The position numbers and the translations under genes are program-made. Source: Takakia lepidozioides (taxonomy: Eukaryota; Plantae; Bryophyta). Taken from it: DNA of 64,000 nt. This document shows, one piece after another, positions 50,413 through 62,752 of the stretch. The notes under the pieces are model-generated. The model saw only the letters and a list, made by a program, of their open reading frames with translations, did not search any database and was not told the origin of the DNA. The stretch covers positions 3,100,001-3,164,000 of the forward strand of contig CM060733.1 of the NCBI GenBank assembly GCA_030704615.1. Reading direction: 5' to 3'. Positions within the stretch are counted from its first letter, which is position 1; the number at the start of each line of letters is the position of its first letter.

Positions 50413-53400
50413 ATGAGGATGGAAAGAGTGGAGGAAGAGGAAAAGGAGGAAGAAGAGGGAATACAGGAAAGTGTGGCGATGGAGGAGCAGGAATCTGGAG
50501 AAGAACAACAACCCACCATAGTTCCAGGAACAGGCGAGGAGGACACTGCGTCTGAGGGAGAGACAGACGACATGGAGGAAGATGTTGACACTGGCCTCAC
50601 GAACGATCTGACCACGGGAAAGAGGAAGGGGGAGAGGCTCACCTACATAGTCGGCGAAGAGAGCAGCCCCAAGCGGAAAGCGTCCCCGGCAACTGGGGAG
50701 TCTTCTCGAGTAGCTACGAAAAAGGTAAAATCCACACGACCCATATTTGTGAAGAATTCGGCTTTGAATGGCAGGTATTTGTGAAAGAAAGAACCATTGG
50801 TCTTGCAAAATTTGGTCTTGATGTCTGTTATGTGAGGGTGAAACGAACCCTTCACTGCCAGCCCAGACAGTGTGCGGCAACGCACACTGTTTGAGCTGAG
50901 CATTTCAATGTTTCTGGGTGAAAATTTGGACTTCAGGGGCACCTGTGTGAGTGTGAAAAGAACCCTTCACTGCCAGCCCAGACAGTGTGCGGCAACGCAC
51001 ACTGTTTGAGCTGAGCATTTCAATGTTTATGGGTGCAAAATTTGGACTTCAGGGGCACCTGTGTGAGTGTGAAATGAACCCTTCACTGCCAGCTCAGACA
51101 GTGTGCGGCAACGCACACTGTTTGAGCTGGGCATTTCGGTGTTTCTGGGTGCAAAATTTGGTCTTTGCTGTCTGTTATCTGAGGTTGAAATGAACCCTTC
51201 AAAACCAGCTCAAACAGCGTGCGGCAACGCACAATGTTGAGCAGACCTTTTCAATGTTTTAGGGTTCAAAATTTGGTCTTGATGTCTGTTATGTTAGTGT
51301 GAAATGAACCCTTCACTGCCAGCTCAGACAGTGTGCGGCAACGCACACTGTTTGAGCTGAGCATTTCAATGTTTCTGGATGCAAAATTTGGACTTCAGGG
51401 GCACCTGTGTGAGTGTGAAAAGAACCCTTCACTGCCAGCTCATACAGTGTGCGGCAACGCACACTGTTTGAGCTGAGCATTTCAATGTTTCTGGGTGAAA
51501 TATTTGGACTTCAGGGGCACCTGTGTGAGTGTGAAAAGAACCCTTCACTGCCAGCTCATACAGTGTGCGGCAACGCACACTGTTTGAGCTGAGCATTTCA
51601 ATGTTTCTGGGTGAAATATTTGGACTTCAGGGGCACCTGTGTGAGTGTGAAATGAACCCTTCACTGCCAGCTCATACAGTGTGCGGCAACGCACACTGTT
51701 TGAGCTGAGCATTTCAATGTTTCTGGATGCAAAAATTGGACTTCAGGGGCACCTGTGTGAGTGTGAAAAGAACCCTTCACTGCCAGCCCAGACAGTGTGC
51801 GGCAACGCACACTGTTTGAGCTGAGCATTTCAATGTTTCTGGGTGCAAAATTTGGACTTCAGGGGCACCTGTGTGAGTGTGAAAAGAACCCTTCACTGCC
51901 AGCTCAGACAGTGTGCGGCAACGCACACTGTTTGAGCTGAGCATTTCAATGTTTCTGGGTGAAATTTGGACTTCAGGGGCACCTGTGTGAGTGTGAAATG
52001 AACCCTTCACTGCCAGCTCAGACAGTGTGCGGCAACGCACACTGTTTGAGCTGAGCATTTCAATGTTTCTGGGTGAAATATTTGGACTTCAGGGGCACCT
52101 GTGTGAGTGTGAAAAGAACCCTTCACTGCCAGCCCAGACAGTGTGCGGCAACGCACACTGTTTGAGCTGAGCATTTCAATGTTTCTGGGTGCAAAATTTG
52201 GACTTCAGGGGCACCTGTGTGAGTGTGAAATGAACCCTTCACTGCCAGCTCAGACAGTGTGCGGCAACGCACACTGTTTGAGCTGAGCATTTCAATGTTT
52301 CTGGGTGAAATATTTGGACTTCAGGGGCACCTGTGTGAGTGTGAAATGAACCCTTCACTGCCAGCTCAGACAGTGTGCGGCAACGCACACTGTTTGAGCT
52401 GAGCATTTCAATGTTTCTGGGTGAAATATTTGGACTTCAGGGGCACCTGTGTGAGTGTGAAAAGAACCCTTCACTGCCAGCCCAGACAGTGTGCGGCAAC
52501 GCACACTGTTTGAGCTGAGCATTTCAATGTTTCTGGATGCAAAATTGGACTTCAGGGGCACCTTTGTGAGTGTGAAATGAACCCTTCACTGCCAGCTCAG
52601 ACAGTGTGCGGCAACGCACACTGTTTGAGCTGAGCATTTCAATGTTTCTGGGTGAAATATTTGGACTTCAGGGGCACCTGTGTGAGTGTGAAAAGAACCC
52701 TTCACTGCCAGCCCAGACAGTGTGCGGCAACGCACACTGTTTGAGCTGAGCATTTCAATGTTTCTGGTGCAAATTTGGACTTCAGGGGCACCTTTGTGAG
52801 TGTGAAATGAACCCTTCACTGCCAGCTCAGACAGTGTGCGGCAACGCACACTGTTTGAGCTGAGCATTTCAATGTTTCTGGGTGAAATATTTGGACTTCA
52901 GGGGCACCTGTGTGAGTGTGAAAAGAACCCTTCACTGCCAGCTCAGACAGTGTGCGGCAACGCACACTGTTTGAGCTGAGCATTTCAATGTTTCTGGATG
53001 CAAAAATTGGACTTCAGGGGCACCTGTGTGAGTGTGAAATGAACCCTTCACTGCCAGCTCAGACAGTGTGCGGCAACGCACACTGTTTGAGCTGAGCATT
53101 TCAATGTTTCTGGATGCAAAAATTGGACTTCAGGGGCACCTGTGTGAGTGTGAAATGAACCCTTCACTGCCAGCTCAGACAGTGTGCGGCAACGCACACT
53201 GTTTGAGCTGACCATTTCAATGTTTCTGGGTGCAAAATTTGGACTTCATGGGCACCTGTGTGAGGGTGAAATGAACCCTTCACTGCCAGCCCAGACAGTG
53301 TGCGGCAACGCACACTGTTTGAGCTGAGCATTTCAATGTTTCTGGATGCAAAAATTGGACTTCAGGGGCACCTGTGTGAGTGTGAAATGAACCCTTCACT

Positions 53401-56400
53401 GCCAGCTCAGACAGTGTGCGGCAACGCACACTGTTTGAGCTGAGCATTTCAATGTTTCTGGGTGCAAAATTTGGACTTCATGGGCACCCGTGTGAGGGTG
53501 AAATGAACCCTTCACTGCCAGCCCAGACAGTGGGCGGCAACGCACACTGTTTGAGCTGAGCATTTCAATGTTTCTGGGTGCAAAATTTGGACTTCATGGG
53601 CACATTTTTGAGTATAAAATGAACCCTTCACTGTCAGCTCAAACAGTCTGCGGAACCGCACACTGTGTAGGCAGAACATATGAATATGGAAGGGCGCAAC
53701 TTTCGGCCCTCATGGGCAGATATTTGAGCAGAACTTTTCAATGTTCTTTCCCTGTGTAAATCGGGAACATAGTGCATGTCCGTGAGGATCAATGAACACT
53801 TATCTGGCAGCTCAAAGAACACTTCCCTTTTTATCCCACTTTTTCATGCATCGGTCGACGTTTCATTCCTCTCTTATAAGAATTTGAGTGAACAACCTTG
53901 CAGGGGAAAATGCAAAGTGTGGCGGATGAGGTCCCTCAGGGTCAGGGGAAGGAGACCAAAGATGATGTTGACGATGAGTTTTATGAAAGCAAAGCCGCTG
54001 AGATGCTGGGGGGTCAAAAGGTGAACTCTCAGCTTGTGGTTCAAAGTATGCTTGCTCCTGGTGGGAGGTTGAAGATTCCCCTGTGTAGGTTGGTTTCCAT
54101 GCCCGTCGTTCGTCCACCCCTTGTCAAAGACATTCTCAAGCTGGAGGCCGAGTTTGTTCATGGGTATTTGGATGGATCCGCGGTCTTTTACGTTTCTACT
54201 AGGGATTCAAGAGGTAACGAGCTCCTTGTTGATGAGTCAATCGTCGACTCCTGGGACCCCATTTGGAGACAGGTGAACGAATCCTTCGAACTTCTTCTCT
54301 CCAGAAAACCTTCCACCCAGGTATTCTCGGGGAAGATGTTTCACGTTTGGGATGGCAACCACCGGTTGCTTGCATGGATGGCTGTCATTGGGAGGCTGCA
54401 CTCACAGGAGGAAGAGTGGCATTACTCTGTTCGATCGATGGTGCTTGATTGTGACGACAACATGATGGGTCTTCTGACGGCAATGAATGATGTGAACAGG
54501 TTGGTTTCTCATTGTACACGTTGCACTTCTGGTTCCGTTCTTCCTTGATTGAAGTCCTTGAATTACATTCTGAAATTCAGATATCATTCTGCAGAGGGAC
54601 GGAGACATCGCATGTCAAAACGAGTCTGGTTCACACACTGTATAGGATACAAAGGATCGGGCAGATGCCCTTGACCAACTTCAAGACCATCCTTTCGGCA
54701 GAGATGTATAAGAAATGCGAAAGCTCCAAGACTTCGGAAACATGGTACTCGTTGACCCGTGAGGCTTTTATGGAGTACATGTACACGGTGAGATACATCT
54801 TCCTTCATCTGGCCTTCCATATTCCTGCTTCCACATGCTTCCACATGTTTGTTTCTCTGTCTCCCTTGACCTTGGATTGATGCAACTCTCTTGCATTCCC
54901 TTGCACAAGACATTGCAGATGCAGGGGAGCGTGGCAAACTGGAATACTACAGCTCTACCCCTGAGGGAGAAGGACAGCAAAGGGAGTTGAAAGTCACATC
55001 CAGAAGGAGATGAACGCTACAAGAAGGACAATAATGAGTTTTGTGAAGCAGTTGAGAATGGCCGACCCATCATTCGGGCCGCAGTTTCTGCTGGAGATAA
55101 AAAAACCATTATAACAAGCCAGGCAAGCCGGAGATGGCCCAGGAGAAGTTGCACAGGTTGTCTACCGCCGTCGTGTCTTCTGAACAGAAGGTGAAGTGGC
55201 TGCAGATATGGAACTCCGATCCCACAGTTAGGGATACCCACATGTTCCCAAGGCCAGAGAGGAGAAGAAGACCCAGCGTGTCGTTCCTGTCAGTGACAAT
55301 GTGCTGGGACAACTGGCTTCACAGGCCACTTACTGGAGCCAGGTGTGATGTCCTCTCGTATCTCACTTTCTTTTCTCTTTTCCTTCCTTCTCTTCCCATT
55401 GCCTCTTACATTCGCTGTGACTGTTTTGGGTTCATTCTTCCATTTCAATTTTTTTGCAGTTGGAAGAAAGGGCCCGATCGGTTCTGCATACTCAGCTGGC
55501 TGACTATGGCATCACTATGACAGCTCCGAAGGTCTCCTTCGAGGAAGCGATACATGAGGAAATGGAGAGCCACAGTGTGGCACTCTGGTTTCTTAGAGAG
55601 TTCAGCAAGGAGGGTGGCATCAGTCGAACAAATGAGCTTGACCAGCAGGAAAAAGGAGAGGAAGCTTGGAAACGATGCCTTTACAGGTGCACACCCTTGC
55701 ACTCTTTGCTTGTGTTGTGGTTGCAATGTGTTGTGTGGCATACTGTTTAAGGGGGTCTTCCTGGTGTGTTGAAAAAGCTGGGACACAATATGTGCATTGG
55801 ATAATGAGGCTGTGTCTGTTCGTGCAGGTACAAATTGTTCTCCTGGAAGAGAATTGCTTGGACAAACATCCAGATTTCGTGGACCTTTGGCTTGTCCCTG
55901 CTGGCAACCAGACCATGTTCACTGCTGGGATCTTGCATGACGGACCATCTTTCTTCTTGTGGTTGGTATTTGGATTGCCCTCCTTCAGAGACCCCAGCTG
56001 TAGAGTTGTCTTTGAGGAGAGAGAATGACCGTATTGCAGCCACTGCCGCAGCAGCGGACTCGACATTCATGAGCGTAATCTGAGGACTCTTGCAGAGAAG
56101 GAGCCTCCCGCTCAGGATACCCCGGGTAGAGGAAGAAAGGCAAAGGAAAAGATGTTGCTGGTGTTGTGGGGACGGGAAGGGGTAGAGGGAAGGTGGCACA
56201 AGGGCAGGGAAGTGTTGCAGCTATTGGCCCTGTGGAGCATGTCCAGCAGACTCCACCGCATGGTAGGGGATCCGGGAAAAAAACAAGGGGTGGTTGATCC
56301 CAAGGACCCGTACCATGCAGTGGAACATCCCACGAGGGTCATTCGTCCAACCAGGTTGGAGATTGCCAACGTCGGGTTCCTTGCCATGATGGAGTCGAAG

Positions 56401-57622
56401 AAATCTGATTACAAGGGCGAGCCATCACCAGTGTGGGAGAGGATTGTCGAGTTCCTCAGCACGGTGCGTGTTTTCTTTGGGTTCTGTGGCTTCTGCTCTC
56501 TTTGTCTGCTGTGGGCATGGATCGTTTATAAACTTGTCAGAATTCCATTGTATTTTTGTTTGCAGGCTAAAATGACCAAATCGTGGGTGAACGGGAAGGA
56601 GAAGCCATATGCAGCGGAACTCATCATCTTGGACATCCTGATGGGTTGGCAGTCCCGGATATCCCACCATCGGGTGCTTGTCCGGGTTGGAATGCATTTG
56701 ATGAGCGCTACTGGCGTGGGTTTTTTCCTTTTGCAACTTCTTCCTTTCCGATGCAGGTGTTTTGGTTCTCATCCAGTCCATCGATGTTCGGTGTCGCCGT
56801 GCCCTTGCCAGCTATTTGAAAGCCTCGGGCATGAGAGTCCTGAAGACATGGAATTGTGTGAACAGCATGTACCTTACGAAGGGGGATCGTCCGGGAGAGA
56901 TGGTGAGTTTCCCTTCTTCTTCCTCTTCTTTTTTGTTCTGGATGTGTTGTGTAGGTCGCTCAAACTCATATGTAGGGGCCCGATTTTATTTTGGTTCTTA
57001 GTTCCTTCTGGATGTCATGTTCGCAGACTCGTCTGTTTGAAGCTGTTTGTCTCGTCCGGGTGCATCCACCAACGACTCCGGCCGGCATTACGGAGTTTGC
57101 CATCACTCACGGGGGCAAGTTCATAGATGACAGGACAGATCCTCCCACGGATGACATGCATCACAACTACGTCGACAGCAACGTGTGCTTGCGAAGGGGG
57201 AATGGGGTTCCTTGGAGAGGGGCGAGGGAGAGGAGCCCGGCTTTCATTCAAACGATTGTGGAGTGCTGCACCTACACAGACGCCAGAGTTCTGGATTTGT
57301 CGATGGGCACATGTTCGTCCCTTCAACATTCACATTTCATGAGGTTTGATTGAGCTTGCACTTTCAGCACTTTCCACCGTTCCGAATGTGTCTTCAATGT
57401 CTGCTTACTTCATTCTATTCCACTGCAGGTGCTTCGTACCACGCTTGCAAGGCCAGTGCGCGACATGTCTTTGGGATTGAAGGGGATGCTGAGATTTACA
57501 AGAACCTCCTGATGGGTTTGGGTGGACACACTTCTCAGGTCCTTCCGAAGCCCCGTCCCGCTGATACTGGTACAGAGGAGACTTCTGACAAGGAGCTGGA
57601 CTCCGACTTTGCCTGTGAGTAA
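50413..57622 (+). CDS. Spliced transposon-borne gene: acidic N-terminus, ParB/Srx-like domain, C-terminal beta-class N6A/N4C DNA methyltransferase-like domain; several frameshifts
   Basis: Exon 53904-54499 has KIPLCRL..VRP..L..EF.HGY..FYV..FHVWDGNHRLLAW and splices in phase to 54595-54787. Later exons give ELIILDI(P)DG (motif IV position, about 56620-56645), then WRGARERSPAFIQTIVECCT..RVLDLSMGT|xASYHACKASARHVFGIEGD (motifs X-I-II; intron 57313-57428). Linking the acidic exon 50413-50774 is inferred and needs a frameshift. Confidence 0.72.
50806..53670 (+). repeat. Tandem array of 25 units of about 116 bp, each with an 18-bp-stem GCAA-loop hairpin
   Basis: Unit GAACCCTTCACTGCCAGCTCAGACAGTGTGCGGCAACGCACACTGTTTGAGCTGAGCATTTCAATGTTTCTGGGTGCAAAATTTGGACTTCAGGGGCACCTGTGTGAGTGTGAAAT. 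Unit starts run from 50845 to 53621. Confidence 0.97.
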
Positions 57623-58430
57623 GTTGAACCTGTGCATGCTTGCATTGTTGTTTCATTATCGAGAATCGCTGTTCTTGAGGCAAAGTGCAAATGGGAGACA
57701 TCCTCTTCGTTGGACTTGTGCATTGCATCATTGTGTTAAAAATGGAATTTGTGGACATGTGTAGGAGTCCGCGTGCTTCCACTTGCCCTCCTGGGCTATC
57801 ACACCTATTTGGACTTGTTTTCAGTCCTCCTCGGTCTTGTGTGCTACCTGTCTATGCGGAGGCACTCGCAGCAAGCATGTCCGTTCATGGCACTCAGAGT
57901 CCACCTTGCGATGGCCTTCGTAGAACACGTGGTGTTGGGGCCAGAATCTTTGTAGATGACATAGCACAGGAGGTGGACATTGATTGTGATGACTGCGACA
58001 CTTGATATGAAGTATTCTTTTGGTTTAATTCTGGGACAAATTTGAAATGGGATGGTTGTGTGTCCTTATTGTCCTCTTTGCAATGTGTGCATGGAATTCA
58101 CATTCATGGTTCCAAACTATTGTTGGAGATGGGGGTTGCATGGACTGCCCGGATTGTTCCTTCAATATATTTGTTGTTTTGTGGACCTCACAGACTTGAG
58201 TACATTGCAAAAACAAACAAACCACTTTGTTCTCAATTCTCAATTCTCCCCACATCAACCCGCGGAAATAGGTGACCCCACTCGGAAATAGGTGACATCC
58301 GCGGAAATAGGCACTGTTTGCATGCTGACGTGGCGTGAGCCTGTGCTGGGCTCACGCTTTCCTGGGCTCACAGGCTCATGCCTCCAGGCTCACGGAATAG
58401 CACCCCCCTTACCATGGTCATCTGGCACCC

Positions 58431-59552
58431 TCACAGACGACCGGGTTTGTTTAAAGTACCCTTCTGTTTTTCGTCTCTTTGCAACTGTTCAATCAGGGCA
58501 GGCAAGTCAGATTGGTAAGGGCACCACCTGGTGTAATGCTTGATGGACTTGCAGATCATGCATGCCACCACTGAGGTCCTGGTGTCATGACGAATGTCAG
58601 CATGGGTTTTACCTTGAGGCCCAGATCTGGCAGGGACTGTAGGGTTCCAGCCTACCTCAGCTTTGAAGGCTTGCAGTTCTCCCTGGATTTCATTACGAAA
58701 AGATGACAACTCATGCACAATGGAAGGGACCAGATCTTCTGCAATACCTTTCACCCCAGGGTCCCCATCAGTAGGCTCTACACAGTGACTCTCACTAGCC
58801 AGATGAGTGTGTTTCGTATTGGTAACTTTAGACAGGCCTGCCTTGGCAGCTTTGAGACGTAACCTTTCTTCAATCAATTCCACCATCTCATCTTCAGTGG
58901 TGTAAGTCTGTTTTTGCAGAAACACTTTCTTAGCAGGGGGCAAGCCTTTTACAAAATAATGTTTCAAAGTAGCAAGTCTCTCTGATGCAATCAAAACTGA
59001 CTTACAGATTGCAATTCGCAAGTCAGTGTATTATTTCCACACACTGTCGCCATAATGAAATTTTAAGTCTGGTGTGGTGTAAGCTATGGGCTTTTCTTCA
59101 CGAAAGAGCTTGCGAGCCAATTCTCTGGCTTTTACCCACGTAAGATCATTTTTGTCCTCAATGTTGGACTCAAACAGTTGCCTGGCCTCTCCCTTGAGAC
59201 AGATCCGAAAGGACTTGACTTGGAATCGTGGGGGTACTCCATTCATTTCAGTGCTGATTTCAAAAAATTCCAAGAATGACTCAAAATCCTCCCCTAAGTT
59301 GTACTCAGGGTATTGTTGCTTATGCATTCGTTCTCCGTGATCAGTTTTCCGTGGAGTAGTATCCGGAACTTCAGTTTGTTTCAGCAACATTTTCAAAAGG
59401 GGGAGGCAATTTGAAATCACCCCCATGGCTTCACACAGCTCGTCCAAATCAAATGTGGGCTGAGGCACAGTCGCCGGATCCTTGTGATCTCCGGATGACT
59501 CTCCCCTTTCCAACTGTTGTTGGCCTGAGAATGATGGAAGTGACCTTTGCAA
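58431..59552 (-). pseudogene. Gypsy gag (capsid-like region plus zinc knuckle)
   Basis: FESFLEFFE..CLKGEARQLF..TW..LF, YFVKGLP, and CMICKSIKHYTRWC. Confidence 0.8.
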
Positions 59553-59569
59553 TTGAGATCCTCTCTATC

Positions 59570-60356
59570 CTTCCCTCGGCTTCGCCTGAGCCCCCTTGTT
59601 GCCTTGAGCACGTTGGGGTAGTGGTTGTTGTTGGCTAGGGGCCCCACTTCGTTGCGTCTCCTTATCAAATCCCACCATGACCACTCGCTCCTCCACCATA
59701 TTGAGTTGTATCCGCTCTGCCAGCAAAAACACGTTTGTTAAGGTGGGTTGGGCACTTGTAGGAGAGTTGCATCCCGCACCCTTCTCCTCAGCTCCTTGTC
59801 CAATATCCTATACCAGAATTGGACTAGTGCTTGAGCTTCCGTAACCCCTTGGGTTACATTTATCAATCGCCTCATGCGCGTGTCTCAAACTCTCAGTAGG
59901 CTTGCGCTGGAACTCTTGTAAGCTCCGCAATTTCTCCGTCCTTCTCCCCTGGTAGTTTCTCCTCAACTCCTCGAAGAACTCCACAACTGGATTAAAGGCA
60001 GGCATGGTGTGGGGTGCTACAGCAGGAGCTTGAGTGGATTTCCCAGCTCCATCTTTACTTGTCCCACTACTAGTACTTGCAGTTGGGGATGTTGGTATAG
60101 CTGCTGGTGTCGCCGTTGCCCTTGTGCCTCTAGTGATGGAGATATAGTCAGGTGACCAATATTGTCGCCACTCCTCAATCTCCACCTCATTTCCCCGCCT
60201 AAACTCATGGTAGTCATCCATAGGCGGCCCCTCAAGGTGCTGAAACAGCCCCTTCCACGCCATAAAATGCGTAAACAGTTGTGGATTGCGCATCTGTTGC
60301 AAATCACACCAACTATCAAACTCCTGTATGAAATCATCAAGCTTGATGGTGCCCAC
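59570..60356 (-). pseudogene. Second, different retrotransposon gag N-terminal region
   Basis: KLDDFIQEFDSWCD..LFQHLEG..LRRNYQG..LQEFQRKPTESLR: a gag-like capsid signature. Confidence 0.65.
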
Positions 60357-60601
60357 AGCTCCCGAGTATTGGTAGGAAATGTAGAACTCCTTTGCATATC
60401 TCCTGGCTGCAGGTCTCGGTTACTGAGCCTGAAAATTGGGAAGTCTTTTTGCTTTCTATGGATGTTAGACGACGTAGTTTGCGTGAAACTGCAAAATCTA
60501 ACATTGTGTTTGCCCAAGCTGCTTAGGCCAAGAATTACAACCGACGTGTTGTGTATTCTGAGTCATTCAAGGTAGGCTAGTCTGTTTGTGTCAGGCTCCA
60601 G

Positions 60602-60865
60602 ATGGGTAAGCAGATTTCCAAGGCCAAACGAAGAATTGATGGCCCTTACCTTATCTCTGATATTCTTCCTGGCAGGCAGTATGTCTTGCTCCCCCAACAT
60701 GCCTCTACTCCTCACTTAGCTAGCTCTATTCATGTTTCCCTGCTTGTTCCATGCACTCTTACTTTTGATCTAATCTGTTTAAATGTTGAGAACCGTCAGG
60801 TGATCTTCACACCCACAGCTCGGACAGCTCGCACTCACACCATGGCATCTTCTTCTTTAGAATAA
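60602..60865 (+). pseudogene. Gypsy integrase C-terminal GPY/F module remnant
   Basis: DGPYLISDIL..YVL..IHVSLLVP. Confidence 0.55.
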
Positions 60866-62752
60866 TGTTTGAATTTCGTGCTAGTTTTCTGCACCAATTG
60901 TAGCACTTGGGGTTTTTCCTATGGGATGTTTTGTCCTTCACCCAACTTGCAGGGTGAGGTTTTCTTCTCTAGGTTTCTTCATCTCTTGTGTGCCGGGTGT
61001 GTAGTTTGTTTTGGCTAGGCTTCATTTTTGTTCTTCCCGAGCTCATCACTCGCAGGAGCTCGCAGTTTCTTGTGGCCCCAGCAGGCTTCACATATGCGGA
61101 GCTGGGATTCCTTCTCACCTTCCTTTTCAACATGGATGAATGGAGGAGGGATGCGTTCCGGATGATTTAATGGATGGATGGAGCCAGGATGAAGTCTGGA
61201 TGAACTTACACCTTGCGCATGAGGATGAGCTGGCAACAGCTGAAGGCTTTATTAGGGGCTGTCTTATTCTAACAGCTAGTTTAGGATTAGATTAGGATGA
61301 GACTAGGTGATCTGGCTTCTTTCTATGGCTATGCTGGAAGGGCATCTGGTGGACCTATATGTAAGTGCCACGAGGCACTAGGATTAGATTATGACCTAAT
61401 ACTATTTAAGCCTTAGTGCCGTGGTAGTGAGGGTAGTGGCTTTTGGGTCTTACGCAAGCGTACGCTGGGTATAACGGTGTGCTTGAGTGGGTGGATGAAA
61501 GTGTTTTGGAGGTCCGAGTCTGTGGTGTCCTCTTGGTGAGATTCCGTCTTCTTTGCCAGGCCCATCTATCGACTACATTCCCCAAATAGGATTAAGTCCG
61601 GTAGAGGAAGGGGAACAAACCCATAGCGCCGGAATCATTGGCTTCACAGGTTCTACTCCAGTAAAGAATAACAAGAAGAAGAAAAAGAAAAAGAAAAAGA
61701 AAAGAACCAGAATGGAAAAAGGAAAACAAAACCAGAAAAGGAAAAAAGGACGTTGTTTTCACATAAGTTAATAGAAGGCTCTTGAGTTAGGTCATACTCA
61801 CCACGTGGAGTTCAAGTATTGGTGTAGATGAGGGGTGCTGGCTAATAGCGTGCAAGCGCGACGTCGCCTAATAAGTCAGTCAGGAGAAATGACCGGCGAT
61901 AAACGGTGAGCCTGGTGGCTCCACGTCCTCGGGTGCACCGGCTATACACGTAGTTCCCCCCGATGACCGGTGATAGTTGGTGGTCCCCCTTTCTAAGAGT
62001 CCCCTGTTCAGTGTGAGCTTTTTAGGGCATGCGATGTGCTTGGATGCTGCGAAAAGTGTTGCTTTCACAAGTGCACCAGTCCTGATCGATCAGGGTTTGA
62101 TTCCTGTCTTGCCGGAGAGCTTCGCTACTTTGCATCCTCGTTGCTGTGCTATTTACTCTGTTTTGGAGGACTTTGAGAGGCCCGTGCATGGCTGTGGTGT
62201 CCGTAGCTGTGCATCTGATCATTCTCATCAATTCGGACTGTCGTAGCTGGTAGTCAATGGGACGCCAAGTCGTTCGTTGTCATCATCGGAATGGTGGTGT
62301 CTTTGCTGGACCACTGAGATTCTGGGGAAGCATTGCGTTCTTTCGGAATAGGAATAGCGCTGGAGAAGGCACCGGACCGCAGTGATCGATTTTTATGGGG
62401 TCATATTTGTAAGTAGAGAGTGCAGGCCGAGCAGGAAGCGTAGATCTGGGTTGGATACTGTGGAGGAATCTGGCCTCCCAAGCAGCTTTCAGTGTAGGAT
62501 TACCAGCCGGCTTCGACGAGGTCAGTTTATGAATCGGTCGCGACACCAAGGGAACTGCCGATCCGCAGAGAGCAGGCAGGCGACAATCTAAGGGCGTCGA
62601 AGCTGCAATCTTGTCACCGATCTGACGAGATTCCCAAGCATAACAAGGGCTGCAGGCAGCTCAAGTCGCAGGGGCATAATCGGCCAACTTAGAAGCACAA
62701 TTTCCGTCATATCGATAATTAAATCGCCTGGAGGTGTGTAGACAAAGAAACT

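Larger units (their letters stand above)
45480..58407. mobile_element. Mutator-like (MULE) DNA transposon, 12.9 kb, two divergent genes plus internal hairpin array
   Basis: Direct repeat CTTACCATG(G) at 45471-45479 and 58408-58416; removing the insert rejoins Gypsy gag to protease. Ends begin with G and finish with C, with only degenerate TIRs but clustered (C)GTGAGC/GCTCAC(G) motifs at 45490-45585 and 58330-58395. Confidence 0.92.
36900..59552 (-). mobile_element. Ty3/Gypsy LTR retrotransposon (gag-PR-dUTPase-like-RT-RH-IN), decayed, interrupted by two DNA transposons; LTRs not identified
   Basis: Domain order on the minus strand: gag 58431-59552, protease 44970-45461, dUTPase-like 44339-44749, RT/RNaseH 38500-39387, integrase 37224-37900. 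Confidence 0.88.

Noticed and set aside
50806-53670. CRISPR-like array (palindromic repeat with regular period)
   Set aside because: The sequence between hairpins is itself repeated, with no unique spacers. The context is eukaryotic and there are no cas genes.
50987-53759. Short ORFs within the tandem array
   Set aside because: They are by-products of a 116-bp (non-triplet) repeat with stops, and show no protein motifs.
61800-62600. Divergent minus-strand gene upstream of the Pro-rich gene
   Set aside because: All frames contain stops and no domain was recognised; the only support is a lone donor-like site.
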